Positions 29,737 through 39,394 of a stretch of DNA of 64,000 nt are shown in pieces; the stretch's first letter is position 1, and every line of letters begins with the position of its first letter. The DNA is from an uncultured Spirochaetota bacterium (GTDB taxonomy: Bacteria; Spirochaetota; Brevinematia; Brevinematales; JAOACQ01): NCBI GenBank assembly GCA_963835575.1, contig CAWIGG010000002.1, forward strand, positions 192,001 through 256,000, written 5' to 3'. The notes below the pieces were generated by a model, which was not told the DNA's origin, did not search any database, and was given only the letters and a program-made list of their open reading frames with translations. The translations under genes and the position numbers were made by a program.

Positions 29737-30066
29737 CAGACGGCAAGGGTGTCCGCCGTGAGGCGGAATCTGAAGGAAGCTGCAGGCAAAGCACTGGTCT
29801 GACGAACAGAAACCGCATAGAGGCGGCACTGCTGGGTGAGACGGCAATTATCGTTAAAGCCCGATACTTACACAGAAAGCAATGGCGTAGATGCGGCAGA
29901 CATAAGTGTGAAGGAACGAGCGCATTACCCGGGGAGGTCTGACAGCCTGCCACATATTGGCTATTGTCATCGAAAGGTGATAAGAGGGGTTTTCAGAAGT
30001 CAGCAGAAGCCATAGTAACCTCTTGACCGGAGGCGAAGGGCAGAACCAAACTATAGGAGTACCGCT

Positions 30067-30465
30067 ATGAATCCTGACACGGTAACTTACGCAGAAGCGG
30101 AAGGAAACTTTCCGGCTTTGACAAAGGATAGGGACGGAATTCCGAAGAATAGCCAAAGCGCGTGTATCCGTGCAGAGAGTCAAAGAAGGAGTACACCGGA
30201 TGAAACAAATTTAATAGAGCGTCTGGTCAAACGCGAGAACATGCTGGAAGCTTATCACAGGGTGGTAAGCAATAAGGGGGCGGCGGGAGTTGACGGAGTC
30301 ACTGTAAAACAGCTAAAAGGCTTCATCAACAAACATATGAACATCGCCTTTCCTAAGAAATTATTCGACAGTATGGGACTCGTATCGATGCTGAACAAGA
30401 TTTGTATTTATCAGAAATTATATTTTGGAACCGCCGTATACGGAACCGTACGTACGGTGGTGTGA
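30067..30465 (+). pseudogene. Truncated intron-encoded RT/maturase remnant
   Basis: RT0-like ENMLEAYHRVVSNKGAAGVDG is fused in frame to a maturase-end-like NIAFPKKLFDSMGLVSM; no YADD. Confidence 0.85.
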
Positions 30466-30578
30466 GAGGTCGGCGGGTGTAAACCCGCCTCCTACTCAAT
30501 TATTTTTTCTACAGGAAGATAAGAATGCTCCGGATGTCTTTTCATGTAATCTATCTTAAAAAATTTCTGTTAAGCAAA

Positions 30579-30650
30579 AAAACCATACCCAAAGTACTGT
30601 CAAATCCATACTCAAGGTTTGCCCTGTTTTAAAAAGCGGTTATTTATAAT
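30579..30650 (+). promoter_or_regulatory. Promoter with 23-bp-spaced repeats and a -10 box
   Basis: TAC cores at 30586 and 30609; TATAAT at 30645; paralogous to 18442-18513. Confidence 0.78.
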
Positions 30651-30694
30651 ATTAACCTATATATAATGTGGAATAATATAAATTAGGAGGAAAT

Positions 30695-33322
30695 ATGAAA
30701 ACTATGAAGAGAAGTTTGCCATTATTATCATTACTGGTAGTTGTGTTCTTCTTTTTAATTTCGGCTTCCTGCTCCTTGTCATTTAAAAATGATAATAATT
30801 CAGGCGGTTCTTCCGGATTGAACTCCAATCCGTTAAAAGCTACATCTTTTAATTATACCGACGCTTTCGCCAAATCAATCCTGTTTTATGAGGCCAACTG
30901 GTGCGGGCCTGACGCCGGTTCAAACCGCCTTCCATGGAGAGGTCCCTGCCACACGAGCGACGGCGCGGATGTCGGGCTTGATCTCACAGGCGGTTTTCAT
31001 GACTGCGGCGACCACGTCAAGTTCGGCCAGACCCAGGCTTACGCCGCGTCCACGCTGGGCTGGGCATATTATGAATTCAAGGATGTGTTCGTTTCCAAGG
31101 GCCAGGACGTTTATATGCTTAAGATCCTGAAGCATTTTACGGACTATTTCCTTAAGAGCTTTCCGAACGCGAACACGTTTTATTATGAGTGCGGAGACGG
31201 AACGACAGACCACGCTTACTGGGGCCCGCCCGAATTACAAACGACTGCTATTACAACGCGTCCCACTCTTTATGTCGCTAATCCGACAACGCCGGGTTCC
31301 GATGTCTGCGGCGATACGGCTGCCGCTCTCGCTTTGATGTACTTGAACTATCTGGACAAAGATTCGTCTTACGCGAACAAATGCCTCACTGCCGCGAAAA
31401 GCCTTTACACGCTGGGCAAAACCTATTTAGGCCTCAGCCAGGCCGGCGGATTTTACGCCCCAAGCGGCTACTGGGATGAACTGAGCTGGGGAGCCGTCTG
31501 GCTCTATCTGGCGACAACAAACACCAGTTATTTGAACGATGTGTTGACTTTCATGTCAAATAAGAATATTACCGATTCCAATCCCTATAACAATCATTGG
31601 ACGCATTGCTGGGACGATGTCTGGGGAGGAGTATTCGTTAAAATGGCGCAGATCACAAACAGGCCGCTCTTTAAATCAGTTGCGGAAGAAAATTTGAGCT
31701 ACTGGATGACCGGCCTTACCAGAACGCCCGGCGGGCTCTGCTACCTGAACTCCTGGGGCAACTGCCGGTATGTCGCGGCCGAATGTATGCTGGCCCTTGT
31801 TTATAACAAAACGGCAACCAACCAGGCATACGCCGATTTCGCTAAATCACAGATCGACTATATTCTGGGCAATAACCCGCATAGTTATTCCTATGAAATC
31901 GGGTTCGGGACAAGCTATCCGAAGTTTCCTCACCACCGCGCGGCCAGCGGGCGTTTTGAGCATCAGCCTGCCAATGAGTCCAAGGATGATCCGGAAAGGC
32001 ACCTTCTCTACGGCGCTCTTCCCGGCGGTCCGGATTCCAGCGATAATTACACCGATGATGTGGAACAATATGTTTACACCGAAGTCGGGATCGATTATAA
32101 CGCCGGTCTTGTCGGGGCTCTGGCTGCCCTGACGAAAACATACGGCGCCTCCCAGAGCCCTGAGGCTACTCCCGGCATTGAATCTACCAACGCGCCATGT
32201 TATGTCACCGCTTATGTGATGAATGAGGCCTCCGACCATTCGACAATCAGGGCGTTTTTCCACAATGATTCCGTGCTGCCGCCTCATTATGAAAATCAGC
32301 TGTCCTTCCGTTATTTCTTTAATTTAAGCGAATATTTCGCCCAGGGTCTGAACGCCAGTGCAGTAACCTCATCCATATTCTACTCGGCCTTAAGCGGAGG
32401 GACCCTGACTGCCCCGACCGTATGGGATGACGCGAATCATATATATTATGTTGAAGCCAGCATTGCCGGATCAGATTTGTACGGCAAAGCCGAATTTCAG
32501 TTCTCGCTGGCGTCCTACGGCGCCGCTATCTGGGATCCGTCCAATGATTTTTCCAGGACTGGGCTTTCAACTGCAACTAATGACATAATAGCAACCAATA
32601 TTGCTGTTTATAGAAACGGCGTCAAAATATTCGGGAATGAGGCGCCCAAGGGCGCCACTTCCAGCAGTACGGCGTCTTCTGCTGCCGTCAGCTCGAGCCT
32701 GGCCGCATCCAGTGCGGCTTCAAGCGTTGCCAGCAGTGTTGCCTCATCGGCTGCTGTGAGTTCGAGCCTGGCCGCATCCAGCGTCGCTTCTTCTGCGGCA
32801 GTCAGTTCGAGCAGGTCTTCCGCAGCGAGCAGCGTGGTATCCAGCGCCGCATCTTCAGCGGCTATCAGTTCCAGCAGATCAAGCGTAGCATCTTCTGCAG
32901 CGGTTAGCTCGAGCCGGTCGAGCGTCGCATCCTCTATTGCTGTGAGTTCGAGCCTGGCCGCATCCAGTGTTGCTTCCAGCACAGCTGCTTCATCCGGCAG
33001 CGGATACGCTGTTAATTATACTGTTAATAATGACTGGGGTGCGGGCGCTACATGCACAGTGACAATAAAGAACAATTCTGCCACAGCCCTTTCGAGCTGG
33101 TCTCTTGTCTGGACATTTGCGGGAAATCAGCAGATCACTCAGATCTGGAGCGCTGCGCAGACAACCAGCGGCGAGACAGTTACGGCCGTCAATCTCAGCT
33201 ATAACGGCACGATCGGCGCGAGCGGCGGGACTCTGAGCTTCGGATTAAATTTAAGCTACAGCGGAGCGAACGCAAAGCCGACGGCGTTTACACTGAACGG
33301 GACGGCATGCACACTCTATTAA
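30695..33322 (+). CDS. Lipoprotein GH9 (DCGD type)-CBM3c-linker-CBM2
   Basis: DCGDHVKF, PHHRAAS, TEVGIDYNAG; lipobox ISASC. Confidence 0.92.
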   Translation: MKTMKRSLPLLSLLVVVFFFLISASCSLSFKNDNNSGGSSGLNSNPLKATSFNYTDAFAKSILFYEANWCGPDAGSNRLPWRGPCHTSDGADVGLDLTGGFHDCGDHVKFGQTQAYAASTLGWAYYEFKDVFVSKGQDVYMLKILKHFTDYFLKSFPNANTFYYECGDGTTDHAYWGPPELQTTAITTRPTLYVANPTTPGSDVCGDTAAALALMYLNYLDKDSSYANKCLTAAKSLYTLGKTYLGLSQAGGFYAPSGYWDELSWGAVWLYLATTNTSYLNDVLTFMSNKNITDSNPYNNHWTHCWDDVWGGVFVKMAQITNRPLFKSVAEENLSYWMTGLTRTPGGLCYLNSWGNCRYVAAECMLALVYNKTATNQAYADFAKSQIDYILGNNPHSYSYEIGFGTSYPKFPHHRAASGRFEHQPANESKDDPERHLLYGALPGGPDSSDNYTDDVEQYVYTEVGIDYNAGLVGALAALTKTYGASQSPEATPGIESTNAPCYVTAYVMNEASDHSTIRAFFHNDSVLPPHYENQLSFRYFFNLSEYFAQGLNASAVTSSIFYSALSGGTLTAPTVWDDANHIYYVEASIAGSDLYGKAEFQFSLASYGAAIWDPSNDFSRTGLSTATNDIIATNIAVYRNGVKIFGNEAPKGATSSSTASSAAVSSSLAASSAASSVASSVASSAAVSSSLAASSVASSAAVSSSRSSAASSVVSSAASSAAISSSRSSVASSAAVSSSRSSVASSIAVSSSLAASSVASSTAASSGSGYAVNYTVNNDWGAGATCTVTIKNNSATALSSWSLVWTFAGNQQITQIWSAAQTTSGETVTAVNLSYNGTIGASGGTLSFGLNLSYSGANAKPTAFTLNGTACTLY

Positions 33323-33345
33323 ATTTAAAATCTTTATTTTGATCT

Positions 33346-33382
33346 AAATATACCGTCCTTCGTTATGAAGGGCGGTATATTT
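33346..33382 (+). other. Intergenic stem-loop just upstream of the RBS
   Basis: AAATATACCGTCCTTC-GTTAT-GAAGGGCGGTATATTT. Confidence 0.6.
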
Positions 33383-33403
33383 CCATACAGGGAGAAAAGT
33401 TTT

Positions 33404-35296
33404 ATGAACATGAGACAAAAATCACAATTATCAAAAAGTATTATCCTGATTTTTCTGGCTTTAATAATGGGCTCCTGTACGGTTTTATCACCGGACCACG
33501 TTAATAGCGGCAGTCAGATAAATAATAATACTGAGAGAGCAACGGACATGAATAGTTTTGTCAAGACTTCCGGAACGCAGTTTGTCGTCAGCGGGAAAAC
33601 TTTTTATTTTAACGGGGCCAACCAGTATTATCTGTTCTACAAATCCCATGCCATGGTTACCGAGGTTATCACCGATGCCGCCGCTCTGGGACTTACCGTT
33701 ATCAGGACCTGGGGTTTCTGCGACGGAGCGCCAAAGGACAACAACTTCGGCTTCCAGCAGAGCGCCGGGGTTTATGATGAGGCGACATTCAAACAGATGG
33801 ATTTTACGATCAATACCTGCAAACAATACGGCATCCGTCTGGTTATCCCGCTGGTCAATAACTGGGACGATATGGGCGGTATGGACCAGTATGTCATATG
33901 GGCAGGAGCTTCAGCTCATGACGATTTTTACACAAACGTGCAGTGCCGGACCCTTTATAAGAGCTATGTCAATTATTTTTTGAACAGGACGAATTCTATA
34001 ACGGGAGTCGTGTATAAAAACGATCCCACCATCATGATGTGGGAACTGGCCAATGAGCCCCGCTGCGACAGCGACATGACCGGCATGAAGCTGAGCAACT
34101 GGATCAATGAAATGGCCGGTTATATCAAGAGCATCGATCAGAACCATCTGGTTTCGATCGGTTCAGAAGGATTTTTCAAGGGGGTCGGATACGGCTATCT
34201 TTATGACGGCTCTTCGGGATGTGATTTTGTCGGCCATAACAGGATCCAGTATATTGACGCGTGTTCCGCTCATCTTTATCCATCCAGCTGGGGCATTTCC
34301 ACGAACGATGCCGTCAACTGGATCATTATGGGGGCGACGAACGCTCATGTCACAGTAGGCAAGCCGTATTATCTGGGTGAATTCGGTTATCCGGATCATA
34401 CCGCGCGCAATCAGATTTATCAGGACTGGTACAATACGCTTTATGCTTACAACGCGGACGGGGCCATGTTCTGGCTTCTGAGCGGCCATCAGGATGACGG
34501 TTCCCTCTATCCGGACTATGACGGTTTTACCGTCTATTATCCCCAGGACACAAATACATGCGCCGTTATATCGGCATACTCCGTCAAGGCAAACGCCGAA
34601 ACCGGGCAAACCCCGGCTTCCGCGGCCAGCAGTACTGCTGTATCTTCTGTCAGTTCGAGCCGGTCTTCCAGCAGTGCGAGCAGCGCAGTTTCCTCGTCAG
34701 TCATTTCCAGCCGCTCGAGCTCGAGCGCGGCAATTTCATCGGCAGTCAGTTCGAGCCGGTCGAGCGTTGCATCCTCAATTGCCGTAAGTTCGAGCCATTC
34801 CAGTGCAGCTTCTTCTGCGGCTGTGAGTTCGAGCAGATCGAGCGTAGCATCTTCAGTTGCGGTAAGCTCCAGCCGGTCGAGCGTAGCTTCTTCAGCAGCA
34901 GTCAGCTCAAGCCTTGCCGCATCCAGTGTTGCAGCTTCTAGCGTGGCTTCCAGCACAGCAGTTTCATCAGGCAGCGGATATGCAGTTAATTACACCGTCA
35001 ACAATGACTGGGGTGCGGGCGCAACATGCACAGTGACGATTAAGAACAATAGCGCGACAGCCCTCAGCAGCTGGTCTCTTGTCTGGACTTTTGCAGGCAA
35101 CCAGGCTATAACCCAGATATGGAGCGCCAGTCAGACTACCAGCGGTGAAACAGTGACTGCCGTGAATTTAAGCTACAACGGTACGATCGGCGCGAGCGGC
35201 GGGACTCAGAGCTTTGGCTTCAATCTGAGCTACAGCGGATCCAATGCAAAACCGGCTTCGTTCACTTTGAATGGGTCGGCGTGCACGCTTTATTAA
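33404..35296 (+). CDS. Lipoprotein GH5 (subfamily 7-like) endo-mannanase-CBM2
   Basis: GANQYYL, IRTWGF, NNWDDMGG, WELANEPR, HLYP, LGEFG and YPDYDGF motifs. GGAG RBS favours ATG 33404 over 33365. Confidence 0.9.
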   Translation: MNMRQKSQLSKSIILIFLALIMGSCTVLSPDHVNSGSQINNNTERATDMNSFVKTSGTQFVVSGKTFYFNGANQYYLFYKSHAMVTEVITDAAALGLTVIRTWGFCDGAPKDNNFGFQQSAGVYDEATFKQMDFTINTCKQYGIRLVIPLVNNWDDMGGMDQYVIWAGASAHDDFYTNVQCRTLYKSYVNYFLNRTNSITGVVYKNDPTIMMWELANEPRCDSDMTGMKLSNWINEMAGYIKSIDQNHLVSIGSEGFFKGVGYGYLYDGSSGCDFVGHNRIQYIDACSAHLYPSSWGISTNDAVNWIIMGATNAHVTVGKPYYLGEFGYPDHTARNQIYQDWYNTLYAYNADGAMFWLLSGHQDDGSLYPDYDGFTVYYPQDTNTCAVISAYSVKANAETGQTPASAASSTAVSSVSSSRSSSSASSAVSSSVISSRSSSSAAISSAVSSSRSSVASSIAVSSSHSSAASSAAVSSSRSSVASSVAVSSSRSSVASSAAVSSSLAASSVAASSVASSTAVSSGSGYAVNYTVNNDWGAGATCTVTIKNNSATALSSWSLVWTFAGNQAITQIWSASQTTSGETVTAVNLSYNGTIGASGGTQSFGFNLSYSGSNAKPASFTLNGSACTLY

Positions 35297-35459
35297 GGGC
35301 AGTTCTAAAAACTCACATTTTTAGAACTGCCGACCTTGTTTTAGATCATGCGGCCGCTGAGTTCGCGCGGCGAACTCCACGCGGCAGCGATAGTTACAAA
35401 AACAAGGAATTTATTTTATAGGGGGCAGTTCCAAAAACTTAAGGTTTTTGGAACTGCCC
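35297..35459. mobile_element. 163-bp MITE-like element with 16-bp terminal inverted repeats and TTAA target duplication
   Basis: Ends GGGCAGTTCTAAAAAC and GTTTTTGGAACTGCCC (15/16 match); TTAA at 35293-35296 and 35460-35463. Paralogous empty sites TATTAAGTGAAATT at 3672 and 6732. Confidence 0.8.
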
Positions 35460-35460
35460 T

Positions 35461-35620
35461 TAAGTGAAATTTCCGGAAATATTTCCGGTTTTTTATGATG
35501 GGATAGAAGAATATTTATAATGAGAAAAAGTTAATAATAGATAAGTCATTCAGCCCTGTCCGGGCCGGTGCCGCATCCCCCCCCGACCGCGGTATTCGGT
35601 TCCGGACCGGGCGAAAATGA
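35461..35620 (+). repeat. Diverged third copy of the intergenic unit 3675-3830, including the long stem-loop
   Basis: TAAGTGAAATTTCCGGAAAT..GTCATTCAGCCCTGTCCGG..GCGGTATTCGGTTCCG..GGGCGA; TATAAT at ~35516. Confidence 0.75.
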
Positions 35621-35643
35621 CGGATAAAAAATGGAGGAACATT

Positions 35644-37428
35644 ATGTCAGGGAAAAAATCAGGAAAACTTTTCTGTCTGTTTTTAGCAGGCGTGTTTTTT
35701 GTTCTTCAATATGCAGGCTGTTCTTTACAGTTACCGCAGGATTCCGGAACGCAGAGTCTGATGGTTAATCAGCCCAGAGCGACCGTCAGCAGTGTCGGAC
35801 GTCTGACAGGCATCAACTGGTTCGGCTTTGAGACCAGCGCTTACTGCCCGCATGGACTGTATATCAGGGATTATAAATCCATGCTGAAACAAATCAAGGA
35901 TCTGGGATTCAACTGTATCCGCCTGCCGTGGTGCAACGATATGCTGACTCAGACCACCCCTCCCTCGTCCATTCAAATCAACACAAATGAAAGAACGGAT
36001 GCCTATACCGGCCTGCATAACCTGAATGCCGATCTCGCCGGTTTGTCCCCTATACAGGTCATGGACAAGGTAATTGATGAAGCTACCAGAGTCGACGGTC
36101 TTAAGATCATTCTGGACTGCCATTCGCATACTGTTGACAACTATAATAATGAACCTTTATGGTACACATCATCCTGTTCAGAAAGTAAAGCGATTTCCGA
36201 TTGGGTCTTACTTATTAACCGTTATAAGAATAACCCCTATGTCTGCGGAGCAGACCTCAAAAACGAACCCCATGGCAATATGGGCTCATCCGGTATGAAG
36301 CCTCCCGCCACCTGGGGTTATGACGAGCCCGGTCAGGGAACAACAGACTGGAAAGCGGCCGCTGAAAGGATCGGTACCGCCATCCTTAACGCCAATCCCA
36401 ATATGATCATCATCGTGGAAGGCGTGGAATGCTATTACAATTATCCGACCGACACAGTCACCAATTTCTTCTGGTGGGGCGGCGAATTATCAGGCGTTGC
36501 CGACCATCCTATCACCGCTATTCCTTCCGCTCAGCTAATGTATTCGGCGCATGAATATGGTCCTCATGTGTATAACCAGCCCTGGTTTCAGGATTCGACT
36601 TTCCCGAATAATATGCCGGCCATCTGGGACAAGCACTATTATTTCATCAAGAAGAATGGAATCGGCTCTCTCTTCTTTGGTGAATTCGGTATTATGGAAT
36701 CTGAAGTTGACGCCGGCGGCGTGGCAGCCACATGGTATAAGAACTTTATGGCTTATATCGGAACCGCCAACAGCTGGACATTCTGGTGCATCAATCCCGA
36801 CTCAGGAGACACCGGCGGTATATTACAGAGCGACTGGGTTACGGTAGAAACGGGTAAATATAATATATTAAAGCCTTATCTGGCCGCTCAATTCTCTCCT
36901 CTCGGCGGCGGATCAAGTTCATCTTCCTCCTCTGTCGCGGCGAGTTCGAGCCTGGCCGCATCCAGCGTTGCGTCTTCGGTAACAGTCAGCTCCAGCCGTT
37001 CGAGCGCCGCTTCATCTATAGCTGTCAGCTCGAGCCGGGCCGCATCCAGTGTGGCTTCCAGTGTTGCGGTTTCCAGTATAGCTTCCAGCACAGCCGCTTC
37101 ATCAGGCGGTTACGCTGTTAATTACACAGTCAATAATGACTGGGGCGCAGGAGCTACGTGCACAGTAACAGTTAAGAATAACAGTGCGGCGGCTCTTTCC
37201 AGCTGGTCTCTTGTCTGGACATTCGCGGGCAATCAGCAGATTACGCAGATCTGGAGCGCTTCTCAAACGACCAGCGGCGAAACGGTAACAGCCGTCAATC
37301 TCAGTTACAACGGTGCGATAGGAGCGAACGGCGGGACACAGAGCTTCGGCTTTAATCTGAGCTACAGCGGTTCCAACGCCAAACCCGCGGCTTTTACTCT
37401 GAATGGGACAGCTTGTACAACTTATTGA
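35644..37428 (+). CDS. Lipoprotein GH5 (subfamily 1-like) endoglucanase-CBM2
   Basis: GINWFGFET, DLKNEPH, HEYGP, FGEFG; GGAGG RBS before ATG 35644; lipobox QYAGC. Confidence 0.92.
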   Translation: MSGKKSGKLFCLFLAGVFFVLQYAGCSLQLPQDSGTQSLMVNQPRATVSSVGRLTGINWFGFETSAYCPHGLYIRDYKSMLKQIKDLGFNCIRLPWCNDMLTQTTPPSSIQINTNERTDAYTGLHNLNADLAGLSPIQVMDKVIDEATRVDGLKIILDCHSHTVDNYNNEPLWYTSSCSESKAISDWVLLINRYKNNPYVCGADLKNEPHGNMGSSGMKPPATWGYDEPGQGTTDWKAAAERIGTAILNANPNMIIIVEGVECYYNYPTDTVTNFFWWGGELSGVADHPITAIPSAQLMYSAHEYGPHVYNQPWFQDSTFPNNMPAIWDKHYYFIKKNGIGSLFFGEFGIMESEVDAGGVAATWYKNFMAYIGTANSWTFWCINPDSGDTGGILQSDWVTVETGKYNILKPYLAAQFSPLGGGSSSSSSSVAASSSLAASSVASSVTVSSSRSSAASSIAVSSSRAASSVASSVAVSSIASSTAASSGGYAVNYTVNNDWGAGATCTVTVKNNSAAALSSWSLVWTFAGNQQITQIWSASQTTSGETVTAVNLSYNGAIGANGGTQSFGFNLSYSGSNAKPAAFTLNGTACTTY

Positions 37429-37513
37429 TCAGAATAAAAAATTCCGGTAAAAAGGTTGAGGCTTTCCCCGGCCTTTTTGCTCATCTCATAAATAAAAAAA
37501 ATGGAGGAACATT

Positions 37514-39355
37514 ATGTCAGGAAAAAAATCAGGAAAATTCTTCTGTCTATTTTTAGCAGGCGCGTTTTTTGTTCTTTATTTTGCCGCTTGTTCTATACAG
37601 CCTGCACAGGATTCCGGGGCGCGTAGTCCGGCGGTCTTTCAGACCAGGGCGACAGTCACTGTCAATAACGTGGGAAGGCTGACCGGTGTGAACTGGTTCG
37701 GCTTTGAAACAGGGAATCTCTGTCCCCATGGTCTCTGGTCGAGAGACTACAAATCCATGCTCAAGCAGATTAAAGACCTGGGCTTTAACTGCATCCGTTT
37801 GCCCTGGTGTATTCCCGCGCTGACGGGAAGTCCGTCCAGTATCCAGATCAATGTTTACGGGATAGATGCCTACACAGGCCAGACTAATTTAAATGCCGAT
37901 CTGAGCGGTCTATCCTCTATTCAGGTTATGGATAAAATCATCGAGGTGGGAACACAGACTTATGGCCTTAAATTTATACTTGACTGTCATTCGCTTGTCG
38001 CCGATCAATACCAGAGCGAACCGTTGTGGTACACTTCCGGCGTTTCGGAAAGCCAATGGATTTCCGCATGGACGACCATTGTCAGCCGTTATGCGAATAA
38101 TTCTTATGTGATCGGATGTGATCTGAAAAATGAGCCGCATGGCAATACCGGCACCGGCTATAAACCCCCTGCGACATGGGGATATCAGGCTTCCGGTTAC
38201 GATGCATCGTCAAGTCCCACCGACTGGAAAGCGGCCGCTGAAAGGTGCGGTAAGGCGATTCTTGCGGTTAATCCCAATATCATTATCATGGTAGAAGGTG
38301 TGGAGCAATATAATAACGATTATTTCTGGTGGGGCGGCAATTTGGAAGGAGTGGCATCAAACCAGATCAGCACTTCCAGTATTCCTGCAAGCCAGTTGAT
38401 GTATTCCTGGCATGAATACGGCCCGGAGGTTTTCAACCAGTCCTATTTCACGAATTCCAGTTTTCCGAACAATATGCCCGCGATCTGGGATCAATTTTAC
38501 TATTTTATCAAAAAGCAGAATATTGCGCCCCTGTATCTTGGGGAGTTCGGCATAACGGAAGCCGGAGTCGACGCCGGTGGAACTGCGGCGACATGGTACA
38601 AGTCTTTAATGGCGTATGTGGGCAGTAATGTCAACTGGACGTTCTGGTGCATAAACCCTGATTCGGGAGATACAGGAGGCATCCTCCAGGATGACTGGGT
38701 CACTGTCAATACGGGCAAATACAATATTCTGAAGCCTTATCTGGCCGCTCAATTTTCACCCCTCGGCGGCGGGTCAAGTTCATCTTCATCCTCTGTTGCA
38801 GCGAGTTCGAGCCTGGCCGCATCCAGCGCTGCGTCTTCGGTAACAGTCAGCTCCAGCCGTTCGAGTGCTGCATCATCAGTTGCTGTGAGCTCCAGCCGGT
38901 CAAGTGCAGCTTCTTCAGTTGCTGTGAGCTCCAGCCGTTCGAGTGTTGCATCATCGGCAGCAGTCAGTTCAAGCCTGGCCGCATCCAGTGCGGCTTCCAG
39001 CGCTGCGTCGAGCGCGGCTTCCAGCACATCCGGCGGTTATGCCGTAAACTACAATGTCTCTAATGATTGGGGCACGGGCGCCACTGTCACGGTGACGATA
39101 AAGAATAATTCTGCCGCGGCCCTCTCGAGCTGGTCTCTTGTCTGGACATTCGCGGGCAATCAGCAGATTACGCAGATCTGGAGCGCTTCTCAAACGACCA
39201 GCGGCGAAACGGTAACAGCCGTCAATCTCAGTTACAACGGCATGATCGGAGCGAACGGCGGGACACTGGCTTTCGGATTTAACCTGAGCTACAGCGGCTC
39301 GAACGCCAAGCCGGCGGCCTTTACCCTGAACGGCACGGCATGTACGTTATATTAA
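37514..39355 (+). CDS. Lipoprotein GH5 (subfamily 1-like) endoglucanase-CBM2
   Basis: GVNWFGFET, DLKNEPH, WWGGNL, LGEFG; lipobox YFAAC. Confidence 0.92.
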   Translation: MSGKKSGKFFCLFLAGAFFVLYFAACSIQPAQDSGARSPAVFQTRATVTVNNVGRLTGVNWFGFETGNLCPHGLWSRDYKSMLKQIKDLGFNCIRLPWCIPALTGSPSSIQINVYGIDAYTGQTNLNADLSGLSSIQVMDKIIEVGTQTYGLKFILDCHSLVADQYQSEPLWYTSGVSESQWISAWTTIVSRYANNSYVIGCDLKNEPHGNTGTGYKPPATWGYQASGYDASSSPTDWKAAAERCGKAILAVNPNIIIMVEGVEQYNNDYFWWGGNLEGVASNQISTSSIPASQLMYSWHEYGPEVFNQSYFTNSSFPNNMPAIWDQFYYFIKKQNIAPLYLGEFGITEAGVDAGGTAATWYKSLMAYVGSNVNWTFWCINPDSGDTGGILQDDWVTVNTGKYNILKPYLAAQFSPLGGGSSSSSSSVAASSSLAASSAASSVTVSSSRSSAASSVAVSSSRSSAASSVAVSSSRSSVASSAAVSSSLAASSAASSAASSAASSTSGGYAVNYNVSNDWGTGATVTVTIKNNSAAALSSWSLVWTFAGNQQITQIWSASQTTSGETVTAVNLSYNGMIGANGGTLAFGFNLSYSGSNAKPAAFTLNGTACTLY

Positions 39356-39394
39356 AATCCGTTTCAAAATAAATTGATAAGGAGGAAAATTTTT

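Larger units (their letters stand above)
29623..30500 (+). mobile_element. Group II intron, class C (IIC), with internally deleted RT ORF
   Basis: 5' GTGCGCCCGG; GGGTGAAAGTCCC and GCAAGGGTGTCC..GGAATCTGAAGGAAG domain I motifs; domain V GAACCGCCGTATACGGAACCGTACGTACGGTGGTGTGAGAGG with CGC triad; 3' end CCTACTCAAT; inserted directly after a terminator. Confidence 0.92.

Noticed and set aside
29521..30183. Short ORFs overlapping the intron 5' region
   Set aside because: They overlap structured intron RNA and have no protein-like features.
29623..30500. RT remnant plus near-identical gene tails as a diversity-generating retroelement or retron
   Set aside because: The RNA has clear group IIC features, the RT lacks its catalytic core, and differences among CBM2 tails are not visibly adenine-specific.
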